From NCBI GenBank assembly GCA_030867685.1, contig JAQOWU010000001.1, positions 868,001 to 932,000 of the forward strand: a stretch of 64,000 bases of DNA. Direction: 5' to 3'. The notes below the pieces were generated by a model that made no database searches, was not told the origin of the DNA, and was given only the letters and a program-made list of their open reading frames with translations. Made by a program: the position numbers and the translations under genes. The DNA is from Wickerhamiella versatilis (Eukaryota). Of this stretch, positions 22,661-33,825 are shown piece by piece (the stretch's first letter is position 1; the number at the start of each line of letters is the position of its first letter).

Positions 22661-23180
22661 GTGTGCCTCAGATATAGTCTTATGCATGGTGTTTGTGCTA
22701 GATAGATAAGCTATATGGTGATTATTTGCATTTATTGTTTCTTATTATGTTCTGCTAGACACCTCTTAATCTTAGTTGCTCTCTAAAAACCTGTAGCTCG
22801 AGTATTCGACAATATTAAAGACGAGAAAAGAGGGAAATTAGCGAGTTCAACGTGATACACAATCAAGGACACATGACAAAAATACGCGAAAATACTACGA
22901 GACAGAATTATTTTGATTTCACTTCAAAGGAAGAAGCAGGAGGCAGCCTAGAAATGCCAAATGGGCTGTCTCTGTTCTTAACTACGATGATGTTATCATT
23001 AGTTGTAAATGAACTTAAACAGGAGTTAGCACTATCGGAATCACTATAACAATAACTTACTTTTACTTAGTTAATTTAAACCCAAGTATGAGAGATGAGG
23101 CAAGTAACGTATAAAAAATCGACTTCAAAACCTAATAGATATACTTGTATGAGGTTTTAGGAAAGTTGGGACAAAGCTGC

Positions 23181-24560
23181 TCACTTTTCGGACTGCAAGT
23201 CGGCATAAACCTCGTCCAATGACTTGGCTAACGCGTCAATGATTTTCTGTAGATCATCCGACCCAATGATAAGAGGTGGGCACATGGCAAGTATATCTGC
23301 TCCTAACGCACGCAGAAGAACACCATGCTTCTGCACTGCCTCGTTGACTCTTTGAGCAACTTTTAGTTCGGGAGGAAAATGCTTACGGGATTCCTTGTCG
23401 GCAACGAACTCAAGGGCTGCCACCAGGCCAATGCCACGAACTTCGCCTACCAGAGGATGATTTTCCAGCTTATGGAGCCCTTCCAAAAAAGCTGGTGAAA
23501 CTCTCTTTACATGTTCAACGATATCCAGCTCATCATACATACGAAGAGCTTCCAGGGCTACCGCAGCAGCTACAGGATGACCACTATAGGTATAACCATG
23601 TCCAAATCCACCTAGCTCATTGCTTTGGCGTGCAATTGCTTGGTAAATCTGGTCACTAACAATCAGTGCTGAGATTGGCAGGAAAGCAGCAGAGAGTGCC
23701 TTCGCGCAAGTCATCATATCCGGCTTGATATGCTCGGTCTCAGATCCCCAGTAGTAACCTGTACGTCCAAAGCCACAGATGACTTCATCTGCAATCATCA
23801 AGATATCGTACTTGCGAAGTACCTCCTGGATTTTGGGGAAATAGCCGGTGGGGGGGACTATTACGCCACCAGAACCCATTACTGGCTCGGCAATAAATGC
23901 ACCGACCGTATCCGGGCCTTCCTCGAGAACTTTCTGCTCCAGTTCCGTTGCCAAGCGAGTAGAAAACTGTTCTTCCGTTTCTCCCGGCAAGCCTTCTTGA
24001 TAAAGGTGTGGACAGCGTACGTGAATCACGTCCACCCGCGACTCACCCCAGCCTTTGTGCATACCTGAGAGTCCACTGAGGTTGGCAGCAGCAAGCGTGG
24101 TGCCATGATAGCTACGCTCACGAGCTATCATGCGAGTCTTTTGTGGCTTCCCAATAGCTGAGTGATAGTAACGCACAAGCTTAACCGCAGTATCCACAGC
24201 CTCTGACCCCGAAGTCTGCAAAAGTACTTTATCCAACCCAGGAGGTGCATGTTTTACAAGCTCTTCTGAGAGTTCCACCACTGGGCCATGACTACGATGA
24301 GCAAATGTGTGCTGATAGGGCAATTTGTTGAGTTGCTTGTAGGCAGCATCAGCCAAGCGTGGTTGGCTGAATCCCAAGCTGGCACACCATAATCCGGACA
24401 TACCCTCAAGATAACGATGACCATGCTCATCGATAACATAAACACCATCGCCTTTCTCTATAACCATTGGTCCCACCTTCTCATGTTGACGCATATTGGT
24501 CTGTGGATGAACATGATACGAGATATCACGCTGAGCTTGCGTCGAAAATTTATTGGACAT
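23181..24560 (-). CDS. Class III omega-aminotransferase (omega-amino acid/putrescine:pyruvate type), bacterial type
   Basis: YLEGMSGLWCASLG, SGSEAVD, YHG, FIAEPVMGSGG, IADEVICGFGRTG, PDMMTCAKALS, HGYTYSGHP. Confidence 0.93.
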   Translation of the reverse strand: MSNKFSTQAQRDISYHVHPQTNMRQHEKVGPMVIEKGDGVYVIDEHGHRYLEGMSGLWCASLGFSQPRLADAAYKQLNKLPYQHTFAHRSHGPVVELSEELVKHAPPGLDKVLLQTSGSEAVDTAVKLVRYYHSAIGKPQKTRMIARERSYHGTTLAAANLSGLSGMHKGWGESRVDVIHVRCPHLYQEGLPGETEEQFSTRLATELEQKVLEEGPDTVGAFIAEPVMGSGGVIVPPTGYFPKIQEVLRKYDILMIADEVICGFGRTGYYWGSETEHIKPDMMTCAKALSAAFLPISALIVSDQIYQAIARQSNELGGFGHGYTYSGHPVAAAVALEALRMYDELDIVEHVKRVSPAFLEGLHKLENHPLVGEVRGIGLVAALEFVADKESRKHFPPELKVAQRVNEAVQKHGVLLRALGADILAMCPPLIIGSDDLQKIIDALAKSLDEVYADLQSEK

Positions 24561-25777
24561 GATAAATGCTTATGACACGTACGTGGAAATGCAACACTTA
24601 TAAAGCGCGGGTAATGATTAAAAAGCGATACCCGATCAGGGTTTGCACTTTAACCGCGCATCATTGGATGACAAACCTACATCTTACTGGTGCCATGTGA
24701 GATATGGTGTTGGTTTAACTTCTATAAAAGTGATTTTTATTCATAGGAATGACTTCATATTTCAGACTTGAGTAAGCTAGACGCTGTGATTTTAGCCTAT
24801 CGTTTGATGAAAAAAACGAGGTTCGTCGCTAACATGTGGCTACAACAGTATATATCGGAACCTGGCAACAGAGAAGTCACAAAATTGTGCCACAAAATTG
24901 TCCCAAGTATTGTTTTAGCAGTATTCTCTAGCACTGAGATCTTTCCAACCATGCTAAAGCCATTTCTGTGCACTAGAATCTTCATATCAACGCCCTCACA
25001 TAATGCTAGCATCACATAATTGTGTAAGATTCTAAATTCCCCACCACCATCTGATCTACAAGTAATGTGGAGACCTGCACCACAAGAAAAACAGCCTGGC
25101 AGATATAAAATTTCTAATCAATCCTGCACACACATTCGAGATAACAAGTTTAAAGAATGCGGAATCGATTCATCAAGTACCCTCGAGAGAAAAAGTTTCT
25201 TTCTGTGTGTGATGCCAAGTTTTCAACGATACATATCCCAAAGTTCACCCGATTTACAATATTTGATTCTCTAGATACAGTTTCGATGTGATAAAGTAAT
25301 ATAGACATCACCAGCCCACATTATAAAGCTGAGGCTTTATTTAAAGTCTTATTTACTTGGTATTTGGTTATGAGATCAATAAAATACCTGCTTTGTTCCA
25401 GCCGGGTGAGTCGTATTGCAACCACACTGCCACAGAAGCCACATGTCTTTCAACGGATCTTCCTCTTGCATAGAAACTTATATCTTGGTCTCTATTGCGG
25501 CAATGAAATTCTTTGAAACAGTAGCAGAAAATTGTGGTAAGTACTTGTACGAGCGGAATCATATTTTCGGATTTTGATAAACTTGATAGTTGCTAGTAGC
25601 CTAATTATTTCAGAAAAGTATAAAGAGCTAGCATAGCATAGTATAGCATAGCCCATATAGACTACGTCGCACATATCTTGTAGTTGGAAATTACAATAGT
25701 TTTAAACGATTGCACATTAATTACGTATGATTTGATACCCAGGTGTTAGTAAGTCAATATCTCGCTTGCAACCTGGT

Positions 25778-26941
25778 ATGTTTTCAGGGCCAAAACCTGT
25801 TTTACACCTGGAAGCAACTCCTCGACAATCCTTTGAGCCCGGAAGCTGGCTTAAAGGAGTCGTTTCCCTGGAAGTGAGCGACCCTCAGTCCTTAAGGTCT
25901 GTCGATATTATATTGAAAGGTATTTGCGACTTATATGTTAGCAAGCAAGCCGTTCAGGATCGTAACCACAAGACCAAGGATATAAAAAAAGAAAAAGATG
26001 TATTTCATGAAAAAGATGTTTTTCTCGAGCTTGCTGCAGATACGTGCTCCGAAGGAAAGGGGGATCAGACATCACGCAACCATGCAAAAGAAATTCATTT
26101 TTCAATCCCAATTCCAACTTCTTGTATTAGTTCTAAGCAGAGCAAATGGACAGGGCGGCCAATTCCTTCATCAACTGCTTTATTTTTCGACAGAGGCAGT
26201 GTTCGCTACGAACTGGTTGCTGTTGTCACTAGAAAGGCTCTCTTAAACAAATCACTCAAGTCAAAACTACAAATAGAAGTGCATAATTACTCTCAAGAGG
26301 AGAATTGTCGATCGGAATATGGGCAAACGGCCTTTGAGGTCCCTGTTTATGGTTTGGACTCTAAAACTATGCGGGCGCGTATGCGGTCAATAGTTGGGAA
26401 AACACAACCTAGGGAGCTATGGTTTTATCGTTGCAGGCTTGATCTGAATCCGTCTTGCCTTGGACAGTTTCTCTCCGAAGTCGCTTCGTTCTATATAGAG
26501 CCTACTCAATCTGGAGGTGATTTAATTTTGGATAGTTTCCAGGTTGAACTAACGACAATCACCAATGTAGAAACGAAAGGACTTTCTGAAGTGACCAGAA
26601 ACTGCATAAACCTTGTTTGCAAAAAGAACGTCGGGCGCAAAATAGCATACAAGGACCAGTCAAGCCTATTCGAAACTATAATACTTCCAACAAACTTGCC
26701 AGTAACCCAAAGTGGAGCTACTTTCAGTGTCTCCCATGAAATCAAAGTGGTCATAGGTGTGAGACCAGACTCTGGAGTCAATGCTGCTGCCAAAACCGTT
26801 GAAACGACCTGTAAACTTCATGTTGCTTCAAGGGCTATAACTCATGACTCTGCATCTCCTAAGTCACTCGAGAGAGACCACGAATCTAAAGATGAAAAAA
26901 GCTTGCCACCACCGTCATATGAAGCTACTACCGGTGCATAA
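25778..26941 (+). CDS. Alpha-arrestin (ART)-like protein
   Basis: Arrestin-N-like beta strands (LKGVVSLEV, VDIILKG, GSVRYELVAVV), arrestin-C-like FSVSHEIKVVI, and a C-terminal PPSY Rsp5-binding motif. Confidence 0.75.
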   Translation: MFSGPKPVLHLEATPRQSFEPGSWLKGVVSLEVSDPQSLRSVDIILKGICDLYVSKQAVQDRNHKTKDIKKEKDVFHEKDVFLELAADTCSEGKGDQTSRNHAKEIHFSIPIPTSCISSKQSKWTGRPIPSSTALFFDRGSVRYELVAVVTRKALLNKSLKSKLQIEVHNYSQEENCRSEYGQTAFEVPVYGLDSKTMRARMRSIVGKTQPRELWFYRCRLDLNPSCLGQFLSEVASFYIEPTQSGGDLILDSFQVELTTITNVETKGLSEVTRNCINLVCKKNVGRKIAYKDQSSLFETIILPTNLPVTQSGATFSVSHEIKVVIGVRPDSGVNAAAKTVETTCKLHVASRAITHDSASPKSLERDHESKDEKSLPPPSYEATTGA

Positions 26942-27063
26942 TCATATATCTGTAGCATGGAAAGCTGGACAATAAGAGGTGTACCACTTCTATATTACAG
27001 TGGAACCGGAGAACTAATTCGGTCCTAACAGTATTCTCTTGTAATCTTAGCTGCAATAATGGT

Positions 27064-27963
27064 TTAAGCCGTTTTAAAGTATTCCACCATATCGTAATTC
27101 TTGACCCAGTCGTCGTCATTCAAGTATGATCTTGTATGCAAGCCTTTGACAGGGATTGGATCAGTACCAAGCATAGCTCCTGGGTGTATCAGGAATGGCA
27201 GAGCGCCAATCAAAATCATGAGACCATCAAGAATCAAGAAATATTTTTCGGTAGTTATGAGAGAGCCCCTTAAACCATTTCCAAACTCAGCCGAGCGATA
27301 TATTGAACGAACCAACACGAATACAGTGGATACCATAGTAAATGGTGCTAATAATGGAAAGAATCTCCTGGAACGGACAGCTGCAAATCTTCTTGAAAAG
27401 TTTATAGCATCCTTTTCTCGTCTGACATTTCTTATCACGATACCATAAAGGATAAGGAACACAATAAGCGTGAGAGACTGTAAAGCAGTACCACCTATCA
27501 AGATCCACTTGCCGGTCTCCCTCTGACCGTTCCCGCTAGCAAGACCACCACCAGCACCTTGAAGAAACAGAGCGAACACATCACAGCTGATAAAAATAGC
27601 ACTGTACGCCATTGGCCGCAATGGGCTGTACCTTTGGCCGTATACTTGAATATACTTAGCAAGTAAGTAGTAGAGACCCGCAGCCATAAATATTGGAGCT
27701 ATTACCAGACATATTGACTGCATTTCGTACAAGCTTTGACTATAAATGTCCTCCCTGGCTTTCAGTCGCGCAGAGTATCCAATGAGCTCCAGTAACATTG
27801 TTATTGTCCAGCATACACCGAACCACCACTGGCGGAAAAATACCCCAGCTAAAGCATGATATAAAAGTAGCAAACAGGCTATAGCTACAGCAAGTGCGTT
27901 GACACCAAGATTTGGAATGTAACCGAAAAGGGAGTTCTCAACTTCCGAGGAGGAATAGCTCAT
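27064..27963 (-). CDS. RTA1/Rsb1 family 7-TM protein
   Basis: LELIGYSAR, IAPIFMAAGLY, CDVFALFLQGAGGG, RSIYRSAE, EKYFLILDG. Confidence 0.93.
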   Translation of the reverse strand: MSYSSSEVENSLFGYIPNLGVNALAVAIACLLLLYHALAGVFFRQWWFGVCWTITMLLELIGYSARLKAREDIYSQSLYEMQSICLVIAPIFMAAGLYYLLAKYIQVYGQRYSPLRPMAYSAIFISCDVFALFLQGAGGGLASGNGQRETGKWILIGGTALQSLTLIVFLILYGIVIRNVRREKDAINFSRRFAAVRSRRFFPLLAPFTMVSTVFVLVRSIYRSAEFGNGLRGSLITTEKYFLILDGLMILIGALPFLIHPGAMLGTDPIPVKGLHTRSYLNDDDWVKNYDMVEYFKTA

Positions 27964-28180
27964 AGCGTGAAAAAGTTAAAAATGTATATATGACTACGCA
28001 AAAATGCGCTAATAATCATATGTTGATTAGAACCGATCTTAGAACACATTACTTACTTTGGCTCAGCTGTAAATCAAAGCGGCTGTAACTTTTTTATAAT
28101 TCCAGTTAATTTATGAGTTCCCCCTCTATTTTCAAGCATAGGGCGGCAGTAGCTAACACTAGAGAGAGCTTTTCCAAAGA

Positions 28181-28397
28181 GGGTTAGGTTATTATGACAA
28201 TGATGCGCTTGCGGTCTACTCTGTCAGATCTCTATATCTCTATCCGCGCGTTCCTGGCCGGATTTATGTGAAAATATTGTATTGCTACGTATTTCATACT
28301 GTCATGTACTATATAGTTTCGCTTCAAATCTCCTAGGTGGTCTAATAACATAAAACAAATGATACCATGGTATGCGTGGGTTAGGTTATTATGACAA
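28181..28397 (+). repeat. 20-bp exact direct repeat GGGTTAGGTTATTATGACAA, 2 copies
   Basis: Copies at 28181-28200 and 28378-28397. Confidence 0.9.
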
Positions 28398-28936
28398 CAA
28401 ACACGTGTCTGTATTCCCTATACCACTGAAATCCCAAATATTTGCATGTTATGGTACTGATTCTATAGGAGGTTTAAGAATATCAAAAAATCATAAAGTC
28501 GTAATAAGGGCTAGATTCTTCACGAAATGCGAATCTACAACAGTGTCACTGTAGATGCGATTAGAGAATTTGGCGAATTCTGTGCATTAATTTTTAAAAA
28601 TAAAAATGCAAAACTATAAGATTCCTGGGCTTAGCTGGTGGTGTGCTTAAATACAGGCTCGGTGACTAACATAATACTATTGGACAGGTTTCTGGTATCC
28701 AAATGTAGACTTCACATGAGTCAATATAACATTGATGCATATCGTAGCTGGTATTGCAGTTAAAACCATACCTACACGCTATTATTGCCTCCATTTTCTT
28801 AATATGTAGCAACCAGTGACGTTATTAAGAGGTAAAAATAGCTTTGTTTCAAACTGTTTATAGACGCAATTAGTTTCTGAGTTCCATATGTTTTCGGTTT
28901 TACGCCATTAAAAAAAAATTCAATGACATATATTAC

Positions 28937-29554
28937 TCAGTTGGTGGAATAACTAGGGAAACTTGGCTGCATATGTACAATCTGTTGCCCCATAAAAGGA
29001 GGCGGATAGCAGTAACAAATCATGTCGACTAATGGCCTCATTTTTTCTCTGAACAGTTGAGTGGAAATAGGCTTTTCAATCCCCCGGCTCAAGTCTAACA
29101 ACAGTTCTGCTAACCTTCGAGCGGAAAACCCCATCATAGCCCAGCGGTCTGAAATATGATTTTGTTGTAAAGTCATTGAAATAATTTCTATAAGTTTTAC
29201 TCCCATCTGCGAACCATTCTGATAAAATTTGAGATTTTGAACAAGTTCCTCATAGTGCTCATTATCACTAGGGTCACCTATTGCCACTTGAAACGCATTA
29301 AGAAGCCTCTCATTGATTGGAACAGTTATATTGCACAGAATTTCCTTGATAATTTCACACCTTTTTGTCACACCATAGTCAATAGTGGCTTCAAACAGTG
29401 CCTCCTTTGTAGGGTAGTGGAAGTAGAGGTTTTGGCGTGACATATGAGATGCGCGCGATATTTCCTCCATAGAAGACTTTTTAAAGCCATATCTCCGAAA
29501 AATTTCAGACGAAGCTTCGAGTATAATATCTTTTGCTGTCTTGCGATCCACCAT
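28937..29554 (-). CDS. TetR/AcrR family HTH transcriptional regulator, bacterial type
   Basis: N-terminal KDIILEASSEIFRRYGFKKSSMEEISRASHMSRQNLYFHYPTKEALF matches the TetR HTH signature. Helical C-domain; 205 aa. Confidence 0.9.
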   Translation of the reverse strand: MVDRKTAKDIILEASSEIFRRYGFKKSSMEEISRASHMSRQNLYFHYPTKEALFEATIDYGVTKRCEIIKEILCNITVPINERLLNAFQVAIGDPSDNEHYEELVQNLKFYQNGSQMGVKLIEIISMTLQQNHISDRWAMMGFSARRLAELLLDLSRGIEKPISTQLFREKMRPLVDMICYCYPPPFMGQQIVHMQPSFPSYSTN

Positions 29555-30424
29555 AAAATACGCCGACGGCGGCGCCTCGTGTGTATTAGTCAGATTGGCC
29601 TGGTCTGTTCAATATGGCCACGCAGCCGCCGCATTTCACCTAGGTATATACGAGGGGCTGCATTATTTTCCTGATCAACTTTGGAGTGAGTAATTAGCGT
29701 AATAGAGCTGTTCTCAGTACAAACATAATTACTCTAGACTTATTTGTCAATGCTGTATTAAGTCCATAGCACTGCAGAAACTCTGTGTTTCGCACGTTGT
29801 AACATTCCTTTGCCTAACTACAACTCATCAATGATGTGATTGTATTATATAGGGTCGCTTATTGTTTTGTGAAAAAATGTGTATGCTACCCGGATAATTG
29901 AATTGAAATACTGAGTTATACTGATGTTATTTTCCTGTATATACCTCTGTTTCTCTTTTAGGTGATTAATTAGGGTTCTAGACACCCTTAAATAATATGT
30001 TGCTCTTTTTCCAATCTATATTTGAAGCGACCAAGACTAGTTTTCTAGATATTAGGTGATCAAATGTTATTTTTAATAGTGTATCTCAACAATGGTATGT
30101 CATTTTCTTTAGTCTCAGTAGGTTTATATCATTGGAATAATGTTATAATCACTAATTCTCCATTTCGGGAAAAATCAAGTAAATTAACCGTACATTGTCA
30201 AATGTAATCAAGGAATATTTCCAGTCGGCTATCTTGAATTGTCCAACTAGTCTTATCTAACAAAACAACACCGATTATAAAAGAGAAAATTATATTTGAG
30301 CTCAAATACTAGTGAAAAGGTTTATGATTGTCTAACACAGTAAAGATAAGCAGGGCTGTTTACTAACACGATTTCTCGCTTGCTAGTTCACTGTGAAGAG
30401 TTTAGTTTCTAAAGAAATTCCATT

Positions 30425-31441
30425 ATGGAGACAAGTGTCACACATGATTTCGTTTCCTCCTTGCCAAAGTGTGAGCTTCACGTACACATTGAAGGGACAC
30501 TTGAGCCCGAACTCAAGCTCAAATTAGCGAGACGTAACAATATCCAGATTGGACAGCACACTGTGGAAGAAGTCAAGAATACTTATTTGTTCAGTGATTT
30601 AGCATCTTTTCTAGCAGTTTACTATCCAGCATTGAATGTCCTGCAAACTGAACAAGACTTTTACGATTTAGCCATTGAATATCTGCACAAAGCAGCAGAT
30701 AACAATGTGCGCCACGCCGAAATCTTTTTTGATCCACAGGCCCACACAAGCCGCGGTATCGACTTTGCCACGGTAATTAATGGATTGCATCGTGCCGTTG
30801 TTGATGGACGTGCTCTAAACGTCGATTCTGCGTTGATACTTTGCTTTCTACGCGATATGTCGGAGGAATCAGCGGAAAAAACTCTAATTGAAGCTTTAGC
30901 CCACAAGAACAAGCTAATTGGTGTTGGACTCGATTCAAACGAGCAGAATAACCCGCCACTGAAGTTCTTACGTCAATTTAGGGATGCTTCGGCTGCCGGC
31001 TTACGTATAACAGTTCATTGTGATATTGACCAGGAAAACTCTATTCAGCATATCCGCCAGGCACTCGAATCTCTTCATGCTGAAAGAATTGATCATGGTA
31101 CCAATATTCTCGAATGTAACGAGCTGGTGGATTTTGTTAAAAAAAAAGGAATTGGTCTGACTACTTGTCCATTGTCTAATAGTTTTGTTACTCCCACAAT
31201 GAAGAGTGACGAGATCCTAGAACTTCTGAGAAGAGGGGTCAAAGTATCTATAAATTCAGATGATCCTGCTTACTTTAACAGCTATATTAGTGACAACTAT
31301 TATGCGATTGCCCAAAAAATGGGTCTGAGCAAGGACGATATTCTTAAGTTTGCGGTGAATTCCTTTGAATCATCCTGGATATCTGAGGAGAAGAGAAAGA
31401 AATTCCTCAGAGAAATCGAGGAGTATGCTGCTAAGCATTAA
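30425..31441 (+). CDS. Adenine/adenosine deaminase family protein
   Basis: LPKCELHVHIEGTLEP, EIFFDPQAH, RIDHG, CPLSN, INSDDPAYF. Confidence 0.92.
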   Translation: METSVTHDFVSSLPKCELHVHIEGTLEPELKLKLARRNNIQIGQHTVEEVKNTYLFSDLASFLAVYYPALNVLQTEQDFYDLAIEYLHKAADNNVRHAEIFFDPQAHTSRGIDFATVINGLHRAVVDGRALNVDSALILCFLRDMSEESAEKTLIEALAHKNKLIGVGLDSNEQNNPPLKFLRQFRDASAAGLRITVHCDIDQENSIQHIRQALESLHAERIDHGTNILECNELVDFVKKKGIGLTTCPLSNSFVTPTMKSDEILELLRRGVKVSINSDDPAYFNSYISDNYYAIAQKMGLSKDDILKFAVNSFESSWISEEKRKKFLREIEEYAAKH

Positions 31442-31821
31442 GGTATAATTTACTAGACAATGTGATGTAATATGCTATTGGGAATGTCCGAGGGAATGAT
31501 TAAAACTGCTTCGTTCCCCTTAAAAATAAATGAAAAAAAGTTATTATTTAAAGGTTTCGTTAAATGCTTTCTCATAATGAGTGATAAAATTTGGTAAGGA
31601 ACAAGCATTCTTTAGGACTAGTAATGGGCAATTTAGAAATTACTGCTGTCGAATACGCTTTAACTATGCTTGAGTTCATGGATCAAAGCTTACACTGTTC
31701 GATCAGGTACTCAATATGCTCCTAGCTACTTTTATCATCATTCAGAAAGCTGATAATTCATAGTCAACATAAATTCTCTGCGGCAAACTCTCAAAAAAGT
31801 GCGTAAATGCAGTCTATATAA

Positions 31822-32598
31822 TCATCGAATAATGCGATCTATCTCCGGATTCAGGATTAGTCGTCGCCAAGCGCCCATCACACTTTGGGGAACATCAACG
31901 TGACCAATAAATCCTCTTCCCCGTGGACCATATCCATTTTCATTGTCTTGAAGTCTCTTTACTTCTCCAACAATCATAGAAACATACCGAGTTAACTCCC
32001 ATATGCCACTAACATCCCCACCTATAATGCTTGGCTGCTCATTGATTAGCAGTAAGTGGGGATGAAATACTGGCCAGTTAATAAACTCACATAGCACATT
32101 GTTATTGGTCCAATGATATTTGAAACTTTCGTAGGTCCTACGCTGCATTAAAGGATCTTGGACTAATATGATGCTTTTCGCCTCAAGTGACTTATCCTGA
32201 ATCAACTCAAGGCTCTGGCTGGCATTTGAGCCACAATTAGTGGACTTTTTCTCTATATATAACCTAGCCGCGGGAATAGCGAAAATGTGGGTAGCTATAC
32301 TTGCTAGAATTTCAGCTTCACTGAAACCTTCTAAACTATCTCCAAGAGATGCAGTAATAGCGTTATTTTTCACAGCTTGTTCTAGCAGAGTTGTTGAATG
32401 TCCAATTCCACCACTCAATAATACGGGAATATTGCGGCTGGCAGCCAAACTCAAGGCACCCAATATATTTGGCATTATAGCATGCCCTGCAATAACCATA
32501 AGCTCTGGTTGAATGGCTGCCTGTGTTGCTAGATCGTCTACAGAAAGCCAGTCGGCAATAGTGTTCAGATCATGTACCTGAGTTTCGTTGAACTTCAT
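31822..32598 (-). CDS. YdcF/DUF218 family protein, bacterial type
   Basis: LLSGGIGHST, SEAEIL, EKKSTNCGSNA, VQDPLMQRRT, GEVKRLQDNENGYGPRGRGFIGHVDVP. Confidence 0.88.
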   Translation of the reverse strand: MKFNETQVHDLNTIADWLSVDDLATQAAIQPELMVIAGHAIMPNILGALSLAASRNIPVLLSGGIGHSTTLLEQAVKNNAITASLGDSLEGFSEAEILASIATHIFAIPAARLYIEKKSTNCGSNASQSLELIQDKSLEAKSIILVQDPLMQRRTYESFKYHWTNNNVLCEFINWPVFHPHLLLINEQPSIIGGDVSGIWELTRYVSMIVGEVKRLQDNENGYGPRGRGFIGHVDVPQSVMGAWRRLILNPEIDRIIR

Positions 32599-32967
32599 AC
32601 TATAAGCTTTGTAAGCTTCACGAGCGATTTCGTGGTGCTCATCCCTTTATGAAGAGCAAGTCATAGTCATGATATTCAGTTAGCATGGCAGGGCAAGGAG
32701 AGAAGTCTCCGCTTCGCCTCGCATTTGGTGTCATCAATTACGTCTGCCACAATTTTCATCGCAATTTACTTCCTTTATTGCGCTCGAACATTATTATTAG
32801 TAGACGATTGAAAAAGAAACAAAAGCAAAACAGGGCGAAATGACCGGTGTATGATGCAATTGTCCTACAGTGGACAACTTTAAAGTATCGCAATATGATA
32901 TAAATATCGAAGATGTCTTTTTTTTTCTAATTATACTAGACACATGAGGACTTATGTGAGGTTATCT

Positions 32968-33825
32968 TCAAAGACTACCTGACTGTCTACTAAGCGCCAA
33001 AAATCTTTTTCTCAGTGCGATGATATCTGCTTCAGTCAAACGCAGGCCCTCACTCACATATGTGTCAAAATTTCCATAGACACTATCAATGGTATCCCAA
33101 GCGGACTGAAGCCACGGTGCTTTAACAGCATCACTCTTACCTATATAATAGTTACTGGCCATGAAGTCTTTTGAAATAATCTCAAGTGATACCCCCAGTA
33201 TCCTTAGGAGCAAGGCAGCTGCGAATCCAGTTCGATCCTTGCCAGCTGTGCAGTGAAAGGTAACAGCACCTTGGCTATAAGCTAACGTAAGAAATAGTTT
33301 GTGAAAGGCGTTTTTTGCCCCCACATACACTGTCATCGCTGCGTAAAGATCCCTCATGTCGAGCGTACCTTGCTTTATGGAACCGTTAGGCAAAACCGCC
33401 GCCTGCAGTCTACCGTCGACCATCATCTCAATTACATCAATAACGCTTGGATTCACACGGTGTAGGTGATCGTTATCAAGCTTGATGCCATAATATGGAC
33501 CCAAGACATCTGCTACATGATACCTAATCCCCGCAGGAAGATGGTCAGGTCTTGTAGATCGTTCCAGTGAGCTTCTCAAATCTACAACATCACTAATATC
33601 GGCAGTAATTAAACGCATTGAGACTTCATCACTTAGGCTTGACAAATGGCTAGATCTATAAGCAATTCCCGGAAGCACTCTTTTCCCATCAATTGTCGTG
33701 ATATGACTCACCGGCCCCTTGTCCGTAATGTCCCCCGCGATATCACGAAAGTTGCGTGGTATCTCAAATTCCCCTATGAGTATCGGCCTCTGCACCACTG
33801 CTGGACGCGAGCCAGGAGTTTTCAT
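32968..33825 (-). CDS. Tyrosine/dual-specificity protein phosphatase (PtpB/IphP-like)
   Basis: NFRDIAG, YRSSHL, VVDLRS and the P-loop FHCTAGKDRTG. First ATG at 33825. Confidence 0.9.
   Translation of the reverse strand: MKTPGSRPAVVQRPILIGEFEIPRNFRDIAGDITDKGPVSHITTIDGKRVLPGIAYRSSHLSSLSDEVSMRLITADISDVVDLRSSLERSTRPDHLPAGIRYHVADVLGPYYGIKLDNDHLHRVNPSVIDVIEMMVDGRLQAAVLPNGSIKQGTLDMRDLYAAMTVYVGAKNAFHKLFLTLAYSQGAVTFHCTAGKDRTGFAAALLLRILGVSLEIISKDFMASNYYIGKSDAVKAPWLQSAWDTIDSVYGNFDTYVSEGLRLTEADIIALRKRFLALSRQSGSL

Noticed and set aside
29561-29571. Palindrome CGCCG-A-CGGCG just upstream of the TetR start as an autoregulatory operator
   Set aside because: The 5-bp arms are too short to distinguish from chance.
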